Below are positions 28,731-37,100 of a stretch of 64,000 nt of DNA, piece by piece. The notes below the pieces were generated by a model, which had not been told where the DNA came from, searched no databases, and saw only the letters and a list, made by a program, of their open reading frames with translations. Position numbers and translations under genes: made by a program. Source of the DNA: a virus; the IMG/VR virus record IMGVR_UViG_3300031519_000002. One strand, 5' to 3'. Every line of letters begins with the position of its first letter. Position 1 is the first letter of the stretch.

Positions 28731-29789
28731 TTATTTTCCGGTCCTGCCTAAAATTTGTGCTGATTGAGAGCCGTGTGTTACACCATTTGAATGGACAACT
28801 CCGTGTGTAGGACAAACTTCACCTTCTTGTTGCTGTGCAACATAGTTACCAGTATATGATCTTGGCTTGCCTAAACGTTTGCGAACACTTGTAATAATCT
28901 TCTTAAAACTTTCATCGTTTAATTCCATTACTTCATCGTTAAATCGTTCAACTGCATCTTCCATTGTAAGTCTAATAGGACTAAACTTGCGTCTACCCTC
29001 ACCTAAATCAACAATGTCAAAGTCTGGACTATCAGGATATGAAATATTAATAGGGTAAGTACTGCCAATAACACTTGTACACGTAGTACCGAGTGCTTTT
29101 GCCATATGTTGTCCTAAACTATCGCACCCAATAAAATGATCTGCAATTTGAATAATGCTAGACCAAACTCTTACATCACTAATTTGTGGAATTGCAATCG
29201 GCACTGTCGGAGTTTCTTCGATTGTAATTGGAAATTCGCTCATTACAACAACAGCATAATCATCACGTAAGTCTTTACAAATACGAATTACATCGTTGAG
29301 GTGGAAACTTCTAGAAGTGCTATCAATTACAAAGTCTCCCATGTTCTCTGCGGTTCTACCAAATGGTTGGAATACTACAACTTTGTCTTTTTTAGTCATT
29401 GCTTTAATTTCTTCAATGACTTTAAAGCCTTGCACCATTTCTTGCTTGTTCATATGTATTGTTGGGTCTGTTAACTCTCTAAGGCCTTCGTTATTAATTG
29501 CAATATCAAATGCCTGTGCTAAACTACATTTTTGATTATAGTATTCCCAAACTCTATATGGTTCTGGTGAGAAGCAATCCCTGTCTTTAATGTAATCTTT
29601 AAACAAGTTTTTATGCCAATTGTCGTATGCTAGTTCGTGTAATACAGGATGTCCTTTATAAAAATCCATTCCTCCTTCACAAACAATAATAAAATCTTTG
29701 TCTGTTTCGTATAACTTTTCAAATGCAGGAATAGATGCAACTACTCTGCCGGCGCCACCGTTTATAAAATATGCTTTTTTGCGTGTCAA
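28731..29789 (-). CDS. GT9 (ADP-heptose heptosyltransferase)-like glycosyltransferase
   Basis: ADHFIGCDSLGQHMAKALG matches the GT9 DS-x2/3-H-x-A-x-A-L-G nucleotide-sugar motif; N-terminal GGAGRVVASIPA. TTG start with AGGAG. Confidence 0.7.
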   Translation of the reverse strand: MTRKKAYFINGGAGRVVASIPAFEKLYETDKDFIIVCEGGMDFYKGHPVLHELAYDNWHKNLFKDYIKDRDCFSPEPYRVWEYYNQKCSLAQAFDIAINNEGLRELTDPTIHMNKQEMVQGFKVIEEIKAMTKKDKVVVFQPFGRTAENMGDFVIDSTSRSFHLNDVIRICKDLRDDYAVVVMSEFPITIEETPTVPIAIPQISDVRVWSSIIQIADHFIGCDSLGQHMAKALGTTCTSVIGSTYPINISYPDSPDFDIVDLGEGRRKFSPIRLTMEDAVERFNDEVMELNDESFKKIITSVRKRLGKPRSYTGNYVAQQQEGEVCPTHGVVHSNGVTHGSQSAQILGRTGK

Positions 29790-29811
29790 GGTTCTCTCCT
29801 GTGTATAGAAA

Positions 29812-29819
29812 TATTTATT
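29812..29819 (-). promoter_or_regulatory. Late-promoter-like AATAAATA heading the GT9-to-gmhB operon
   Basis: TAAATA core between an upstream terminator and the GT9 RBS. Confidence 0.6.
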
Positions 29820-29852
29820 GGGAGAATAGATTGCTGACAGTAAACGTGGTTC

Positions 29853-29888
29853 AAAAAAAATCCCTGCATAAACTAATATACAGGGATT
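29853..29888 (-). terminator. Intrinsic terminator after the chaperone gene
   Basis: AATCCCTG...CAGGGATT stem followed by a T8 run on the minus strand. Confidence 0.75.
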
Positions 29889-29908
29889 ATAATTTTATTT
29901 AAAAAGAA

Positions 29909-30697
29909 CTATTTCTTACCAGCGGCTTTTTGACCTGCAACTGCAACATCAACAGCAAATGCGCCATCTCTGTAAGGATCTGCTGGATCACTTGATGGAC
30001 TTGGGTCTCTCATATCCTTTGGTACTACTGGAAACATCATAACTGCTTGCCACGGTTCGTATCCACGTGCAGTCATAACTGCTGGATGATCACGTAATCT
30101 CTGTCTGTAATCTAACCAAACTTGTTGTATCGAATCTGGTGCATCTGTTTGACCAACTTTCGCATCAGTAGCGTGTAATTCGTCGTCTCTTACATCTCTA
30201 ACTTCTTCCCATGTAAGATTCATGTTTGCGCCTGTTGCCGCCCAATCATGAACTCCTAATACAAATTCATTAGTTGTAAAGTCCCATGTAATGTTCCATT
30301 CGTCATAGACATCTCTTGGTTCTATATTAGATGTGTATTCAACGTCTTGATATCCGTCTGGTGCGTCCCAAAGAACTTCCCATTCTCTTTCGCGCCGCAT
30401 TTGGACACCTGATTCTTTGCCGGTGTCGTTACCAATTTCGCATAGTAACGGATTGGCTTTGCAATCAACTGTTACTCTCATGATATCAGCGCCAGCAGGT
30501 CTTTCTAAATCATTCTTGCGCCACAGGCACCATCCTGATTCTTTTCCATAGTCATCTGTCGATGGATCATTTTGTACTTCAAAAGTTAAAAATTCTGGAC
30601 CATCATATGTAAAGGTGCCAGTACGCCCTTGCGTAAAACTATTTGTTCTCCACTCATCCCATATTGGGTAAGTAAAATCTTGACTAATTATTCTCAT
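29909..30697 (-). CDS. Tail fibre assembly chaperone-like protein
   Basis: C-terminal WEEVRDVRDDEL..TD...W.DYRQRLRD.P, a phage tail assembly chaperone signature. Confidence 0.7.
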   Translation of the reverse strand: MRIISQDFTYPIWDEWRTNSFTQGRTGTFTYDGPEFLTFEVQNDPSTDDYGKESGWCLWRKNDLERPAGADIMRVTVDCKANPLLCEIGNDTGKESGVQMRREREWEVLWDAPDGYQDVEYTSNIEPRDVYDEWNITWDFTTNEFVLGVHDWAATGANMNLTWEEVRDVRDDELHATDAKVGQTDAPDSIQQVWLDYRQRLRDHPAVMTARGYEPWQAVMMFPVVPKDMRDPSPSSDPADPYRDGAFAVDVAVAGQKAAGKK

Positions 30698-30716
30698 TTT
30701 ATTCAGCTCCTAAAAC

Positions 30717-30724
30717 TATTTATC
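30717..30724 (-). promoter_or_regulatory. Late-promoter-like GATAAATA
   Basis: Intergenic, upstream of the chaperone gene. Confidence 0.6.
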
Positions 30725-30726
30725 AT

Positions 30727-31566
30727 TTACATAAAGGTTATTCGAACAACACCCGAACCACCCTGGCCTGATCCACCTGCACAACATTTTGCCCAGTTTC
30801 CACAATATGAACTAACGCCTGGCATGCCGCCACCTGATGGCCATTCAATATGGCATCCACAGTTACACCATGCTTCGTTAGTAGCACTAGTTGACATTTT
30901 TCCGATCTTTGGCGGTGAACCTGAACCCGAAAATGGATAGTTACAGTGACAGTTACCGTGTCCGTGAATCCATCCTGTTGATCCCATTGCACCAAAATCA
31001 GCGCCAAAAATTCCACATATATTACAGTTTTCACAGCTAAAATGAGTGTGCCTTGGACCCCATGCGTCTCCATTACACATCCAACCACCACAGCCGCCTA
31101 CTGTACAAAAATTCGATAAGTTATATCCGTTTACATAACTTTTACAACCCATACCTGCACCACAAGTGTGTGACTTACCACATGGCCATGAACCACCGGC
31201 GCATACACTGTATTGGCATCCTGGACTTGTATTAATTGTCTTTGAACCGTAGTTTCCACCAGCACCACCAATAGTAAACGAACAACAGTTACAGCATGTA
31301 TGACCTGGGCCACCGCCACCGCCACTCCAAACTTCAAATGTTACTGTACTTGCACCATCTGGTACACACCAATAACAACATTTACCATTTGCTTGTTCAC
31401 AACAACCTGATTGTCTAGCACACTGATGACATTGCATGCCACGTGCATTGTAGATCCATTGTACTCCTAGGTTATTGCCATTTCCGTGTGCAATATCATC
31501 ACTAGTTACTGTACCATTTACAATACTGTCTGTTGCTACTTTTTTATAACTTGCATATGTTGCCAT
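30727..31566 (-). CDS. Cys/Gly-rich fibre-tip/adhesin-like protein, paralog C
   Basis: FEVWSGGGGG, GGAGGNY, GGSGVVRITF glycine-rich domain; 30 Cys. Confidence 0.7.
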   Translation of the reverse strand: MATYASYKKVATDSIVNGTVTSDDIAHGNGNNLGVQWIYNARGMQCHQCARQSGCCEQANGKCCYWCVPDGASTVTFEVWSGGGGGPGHTCCNCCSFTIGGAGGNYGSKTINTSPGCQYSVCAGGSWPCGKSHTCGAGMGCKSYVNGYNLSNFCTVGGCGGWMCNGDAWGPRHTHFSCENCNICGIFGADFGAMGSTGWIHGHGNCHCNYPFSGSGSPPKIGKMSTSATNEAWCNCGCHIEWPSGGGMPGVSSYCGNWAKCCAGGSGQGGSGVVRITFM

Positions 31567-31581
31567 TTGTTCTCTTTCCTT

Positions 31582-32418
31582 TTAAGCGAATGTTATTTTG
31601 ACCATTCCTGATCCACCCATATTTCCAGCCGCACAACATTTTGCCCAGTTTCCACAATATGAACTCTGTGCTGATTGTCCACCACCTGCTGGCCAGTTAA
31701 CATAACATGCACAGTTGCACCACGCTTCTGCGTTTGAGCCTGCTGTACGTTTAGCTACAAAGGGTGCCGCTCCTGATTGTTGCCAGTCTGCTGATTTACA
31801 TTGGCATTGTCCTTGACCACCTTTGACGCCAGTTGATCCCATAATTCCAAAGTCTGCTCCAAATATGCCGCAAATTAAACAGTTTGCACATGATTGTGTA
31901 TGTCTTGGTCCGTGCGCATCGCCATTACACATCCAACCACCACATGCACCTGTAGTACAGAAGTTACTTAGGTTATGTCCATTAATATAACTCTTACAAC
32001 CCATACCTGGACCACATGTATGTACCTTTGAACACGGCCATGTTCCGCCGGCACACACACTATATTGGCATCCCGGGCACGTACTAATTGATTTAACAGC
32101 ATAGTTTCCGCCTGCGCCGCCTGCTGTGTGCATACAGTTGTTACAACATGTCGCACCTGATCCTGAACCGCCACCGCTCCAAATTTCAAAAATTACTTTT
32201 GATGCTCCTGCCGGAACGCACCAATAACAACATTTGCCGTTTGCTTGTTCACAACAATCACCTGCGTCAGCACACGCATGACATGCCATGCCACGTGCAT
32301 TATATACCCACTGTGTGCTGTACTTATTTCCGGCACTAGCACCTAGTTTTTCGGCAGTAATACTGTTACTGTCGAAATTATCTGCTGTTAGTGTCTTATA
32401 ACTTGCGTATGTTGCCAT
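31582..32418 (-). CDS. Cys/Gly-rich fibre-tip/adhesin-like protein, paralog B
   Basis: Same architecture as paralog C; 30 Cys. Confidence 0.7.
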   Translation of the reverse strand: MATYASYKTLTADNFDSNSITAEKLGASAGNKYSTQWVYNARGMACHACADAGDCCEQANGKCCYWCVPAGASKVIFEIWSGGGSGSGATCCNNCMHTAGGAGGNYAVKSISTCPGCQYSVCAGGTWPCSKVHTCGPGMGCKSYINGHNLSNFCTTGACGGWMCNGDAHGPRHTQSCANCLICGIFGADFGIMGSTGVKGGQGQCQCKSADWQQSGAAPFVAKRTAGSNAEAWCNCACYVNWPAGGGQSAQSSYCGNWAKCCAAGNMGGSGMVKITFA

Positions 32419-32433
32419 TATTATTTCCTTACC

Positions 32434-33273
32434 TTATACAAATGTAATCTTCACTAAACCTGATCCGCCTTGACCTGATCCACCAGCACAACATTTTGCC
32501 CAGTTTCCACAATAACTAGATGTTCCTGGTTGACCACCGCCTGATGGCCAATTAATGTGGCACCCACATGCGCACCAAGCTTCGTTAGTAGCTGTTCCAC
32601 CCATTGTTCCAATACCTGCCGCAACTCCTGAGAAACTAGTTTGTCCGTGACATCTACATGTTGTTGTACCAGCTTTCATGCCCATGCCGCCCATCATTCC
32701 AAAGTCAGCTCCAAATATGCCGCATATATTACAGTTTGCACAATCGCTTGTGGCATGTCTTTGTCCCCAAGCATCGCCATTACACATCCAACCACCACAT
32801 GCACCAGTAGCGCAGAAGTTACTTAGATTGTGTCCATTAATATATGATTTACATCCCATACCTGCACTACAAGTATGTGACTTACCACACGGCCATGAAC
32901 CACCAGCGCATACACTATATTGACACCCTGGGTTAGTATTAATTGTTTTAGTAGCGAAATTGCCGCCTGCGCCGCCAATGGCGAACGAACAACAGTTACA
33001 GCATGTATGACCTGGGCCACCACCACCACCACTCCAAATTTCAAATGTTACTTTATAAACATTGTCAGGAACACACCAATAGCAACATTTACCATTCGCT
33101 TGTTCACAACAGCCACTGGTTCTTGCACACATATGACATTGCATGCCACGTGCATTATATACCCATTGAGTTTTACGACACGCTCCTGCACCAGGTGCAA
33201 GTTTGTCTCTAGTAATGGACCCATCTGGTATACCTGCTGATGTAATTTTTTTATAACTGCTATATGTAGCCAT
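32434..33273 (-). CDS. Cys/Gly-rich fibre-tip/adhesin-like protein, paralog A
   Basis: Same architecture as paralog C; 31 Cys. Confidence 0.7.
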   Translation of the reverse strand: MATYSSYKKITSAGIPDGSITRDKLAPGAGACRKTQWVYNARGMQCHMCARTSGCCEQANGKCCYWCVPDNVYKVTFEIWSGGGGGPGHTCCNCCSFAIGGAGGNFATKTINTNPGCQYSVCAGGSWPCGKSHTCSAGMGCKSYINGHNLSNFCATGACGGWMCNGDAWGQRHATSDCANCNICGIFGADFGMMGGMGMKAGTTTCRCHGQTSFSGVAAGIGTMGGTATNEAWCACGCHINWPSGGGQPGTSSYCGNWAKCCAGGSGQGGSGLVKITFV

Positions 33274-33306
33274 TAATAGTTCCTTTAAATATTTCTTGCA
33301 CAGTTC

Positions 33307-33756
33307 TTATACAGTGAAGATTCGCCATCCATAACTATTACCCGAATACACGATATCAAATGCCGCGCCTTCTGTATTAATTGTAAGATTTGCGGCATCG
33401 CCTTGAATAAGTCTGCCGTTGCGTCCTAATGTTAAGTTATTAGAATCAAACGTTTTTCTTAGATCAAAGAATCTAATAATGTCCCCCACTGCCGGTGACC
33501 CTGGTAACGTGACAGTAAAGCCGCCGCCGTTAGTGTCACAGAACAGTTGTTGTCCTGACTGCGCCGTAAATGTTGTTGTAACTGTTACACCATTTAATAC
33601 CCCTACTGGAAGCCAAGCAGTACCGTTATATAATTCTAAGTTATTTAACTCAGTATTAAAGCGGATTGCGCCATTGCCAGCATCTGTAACTCTTTGTGCT
33701 GTAGTTCCAAAAGGGACAGTTAAACCTGGTGAACCTACTGAAATTCTTCTACCCAT
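33307..33756 (-). CDS. Tail fibre-associated structural protein
   Basis: PFGTTAQR...IRFNT...LE.YNG..W module plus a DTNGGGFTVTLP.SP..GD fibre repeat. Confidence 0.7.
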   Translation of the reverse strand: MGRRISVGSPGLTVPFGTTAQRVTDAGNGAIRFNTELNNLELYNGTAWLPVGVLNGVTVTTTFTAQSGQQLFCDTNGGGFTVTLPGSPAVGDIIRFFDLRKTFDSNNLTLGRNGRLIQGDAANLTINTEGAAFDIVYSGNSYGWRIFTV

Positions 33757-33775
33757 TGTTTTTTCCTATCCTAAA

Positions 33776-34102
33776 TTACGCCGTTGGCACGGCTGTTTCT
33801 ATACCCATAACCATCGCTGTTACAGATGCCACGCTTGCTCTTACTACAACTTTCTTAGATGTATCAAGTACAATGCCTGTACGTTCTAGTACACCGTTTG
33901 GTCCTACTGATATATCATACTCTAGATAATCAGATGCTCCTGGAGTGTCTCCAGTTCCAATTGATAACCTACAGTTTGCCGTACTCGAACTTCTATTACA
34001 GAAGTTCACTGAGATAACACTATACGTATCAGCTGGTACCGTGTAAACGGTAGTGTTTGTGTTTGCTGTTAGATCGCCTGATCCTAATATTCCTGATGCC
34101 AT
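33776..34102 (-). CDS. Small virion protein (paralog of the 44983 and 53769 genes)
   Basis: TTVYTVPA......V.FCN motif shared with the paralogs. Confidence 0.65.
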   Translation of the reverse strand: MASGILGSGDLTANTNTTVYTVPADTYSVISVNFCNRSSSTANCRLSIGTGDTPGASDYLEYDISVGPNGVLERTGIVLDTSKKVVVRASVASVTAMVMGIETAVPTA

Positions 34103-34123
34103 TTTTCTATGCTCCTATGTTAG

Positions 34124-34131
34124 TATTTAGC
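34124..34131 (-). promoter_or_regulatory. Late-promoter-like GCTAAATA
   Basis: Intergenic TAAATA core upstream of an AGGAG and ATG 34102. Confidence 0.55.
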
Positions 34132-34133
34132 CA

Positions 34134-37100
34134 TTATGATTTACTTGTTAAAAAGTAAGCAAATGCAACTGGACTTCCACTTACACCGCCATTAAAGTTC
34201 ATTCCCGTAGTTACAGTAATTGGACTATTATCGGTTGTACTAATTGTATTACCCGTAATGTTTATTTTACCTGCTGTAACTGCGTTAACGTTTAGAGAAC
34301 TACTGCCTCCACCAATTTGTGAGTTGATGTAAGTAATAATTGCTCTCTGTGTTGGAACTACATTATCTGAGTTAGCACTAAATGTTCCATCAGTACTAAA
34401 TTCATTAATAACAGCGCCGCCTTGTCCTAAGCCTACTGCACCCAGTGACAACTCTTGTAGACCTGCCAAACTAAATGCACTTGTATTTAAGCTCGCAGAG
34501 CCTGTTGACTGCTCAACGTTGAACAAGCCACCAACTCTAAAGTTACCATCTTGGTCAGTACTTGTGTAGAACACTCGTCCTCCACCTGATTCTGTAACTT
34601 CGTCTTTCGGGTCATTAGCAACTGTTGGTGTACCAGGATAATTAGTATTTGCTAAGTTACCTGTACCAATGTCTAAGAAATCGTGTCCAGTTAAACGACA
34701 TTGACTAAATCTTCTTCTAATAGTAATGTTTGTTCCATGCTCAGGTGCTGTTTCAATCCCTGTATCTGGAGATATTTGTAAGTTAGCACTGTAGTTTCCA
34801 GCACTACCTACTACTTCTCTAACAAACACAATTTTAAAGAATCTGTCATCATTATCAAATTGTATGTTGGATCCTTCAACTGGCTGATCTGTTAATCCAT
34901 AAGCATTAACATACTGTGCTGATTGATAAATGTCTGCATAACCGTCACCGTCGACTGTTGCACTAGCTGTTTCAAAGTCAGTACCTCTTGCAGTCCACGT
35001 TGGCTGATCTAGTACACCGTTACCAACTCTAACCTGCCACGGAACTTCAGTAGTTTCGCTTGGGTCAGTAATTGTTAGTGTTGGAGGACTAGTTAAGTTA
35101 TAGCCTGATCCTGGCTTAACGATATAAAACTGTGTAATTCTGCCTGTTGATACTTCTGCTCTTACAAATGCACCACTACCACTACCACCAGCAATCTCAA
35201 CAACTTGAACTCTTGGCTCAATGCTATATGCTGTTGTAGCATCTAGTGTTGAAGCAACTGCGTTATCCGGATGCCATGTCTGCCACCCTGCACTGTTATC
35301 TGATTCTTTAGCAATACTAGCAACTTTAGTACCCGAATTGTATGCACTAATAAATCCATACTGTCCTGCACCTGTACCTGCTGTAATAACAATTCTCATA
35401 CCAACGTATTTTGTATTGTTTGCTGTCTCAGTGTTTGATATTGTAATACTAGTTGCATTACCTGCCTGTGCTGTGTTAGCACTTGAACTATATCCACGTC
35501 CACCAACTGAGTCAATGTCATTAAACAATCCATCGTTGTTAGTATCTGAGGCGTTATATGATGATCCGTCTTCTGGATTGCGTAGTCTAACTTCAAATAC
35601 ACCACCGTTTCTTACAACAGCCGCGTTTACTACTGCGCCATAACCGTCACCACTAATTGTGTATGTACCTGATGAATAGTTATTACCTGCATTAGTGTAT
35701 TCTAAGTTAATAACTTTACTACCGTCAGTAAGACCACGTCCAATTTGTGCTTCAAGTTTTCTGTTTTGTACACCACCTGTAATAGGAACTTCAGTAACGT
35801 CAATAAATTCTGATACTGCGCCTCTGTCACCGTACGAACAGTTACCGTTAGTAGCACGTACTTTGCCACCATTTTCTGCTAGGTAACCAATGTGTGCGTA
35901 GTAAGAGAATACCGAAACAAGTTCTGCTCTTCCTAAGTTAGTAACCCATGCACCAATACCGTCACTTAGTACTTGTGTAAAGTCGTTAGCAACAATACTA
36001 TCGTTACCACCGTTGTGGATAGATCCATCAACTTTAATTCCTACACAACCTGTACCAAAGTTAGTAACACCTTGTACGTATGGAGAACGTGCAGTAATCC
36101 AAACTCTATCATCATCTGGACCCCAACCTGGATCAAGTGATGCATATGCGCCTGCTGTTGGACGCTTAGTTCCATATGCATTTGCACTACCTAGTGTACC
36201 ATTTAGTCCGCCCAATGTTTGGTTTCTAATACCAGTACCGTCTCTTAGTAAGTACATATTTTCTAATGTAGAACCATTTACACTATTACCATAGTACAGT
36301 CCTGCCATTAATGTAAAGTAGTTAGAACCTTCTTGGACACTGTGTACTAGATCAAGAATAAATGCATCAATATAATGCTTGACATCTGCTTCACATGCTG
36401 TTACACTAAATGAGTATGAAGGGTATTCTACTGTAATATATTTTGTTACGTCACGTGCAATAAAGTCTTTGTTAAGCAATAGTTTTCTTACAGTTGCATA
36501 CTTGTCTTGATCGTCTACTATGCCATTATTGCCTCTAAATGCCGGAGCACTAGAATCACCTGATGCACCATTAATTTGGTAATCAATTTGGTCATACAAT
36601 TCTTGAGCTAAGTCTGTAAGTATGGTGCTTGTTGCACTTGTACCATGCGGCTTAGTAACGTTCTGTGTTAGTGTATTACCAGTTTGTCTTGTAATAGCAG
36701 TACCTTCACTGATATCATCAAGTATTGATTTCATGTGCAATACACCAGCTAAACTGTATGTTGCATCACCTGCCGCCGTAACTGATCCTGCTGGCTCAAC
36801 TCGTGTTGAACGCAATTCGTCACCAACAATAGCAACTCTTTCTGGAACTCTAATCGGTAGTACTTCTGTATACGTTCCTGTTTTTACAAATACAACTTTG
36901 TGAGGTATATGTTCTTTAGGAAGTGTATATCCTGCACCTAATGAGATTGCAGATTTAGCAATAGCTATAGCCGCTGTTAGTTCTGTTAAAGAGTCTGTTT
37001 CTGGAGCTCTAGTAGCATCTTTAATTTGGAAAGTCCTATCACCTGACGCAACACTGTCTAAGTCTTGGTAGTCTGCTGGAGGAGTAGCACTGTTAATAAC

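Noticed and set aside
7450-29789. Bacterial LPS locus or host contamination
   Set aside because: The genes overlap or abut phage structural genes and share their late motif, and no lipid A, Kdo or O-antigen export genes are present.
21465-29789. DNA hypermodification cluster
   Set aside because: Not excluded but disfavoured: no nucleotide hydroxymethylase or replication genes are adjacent, and the context is late and structural.
30727-33273. Diversity-generating retroelement, multiheme cytochrome or RiPP precursor readings of the Cys-rich triplet
   Set aside because: There is no reverse transcriptase or adenine-specific template/variable repeat pair, and no CxxCH motif. The proteins are full-length with a Gly-rich fibre domain and a fibre chaperone, not short leader-core peptides.
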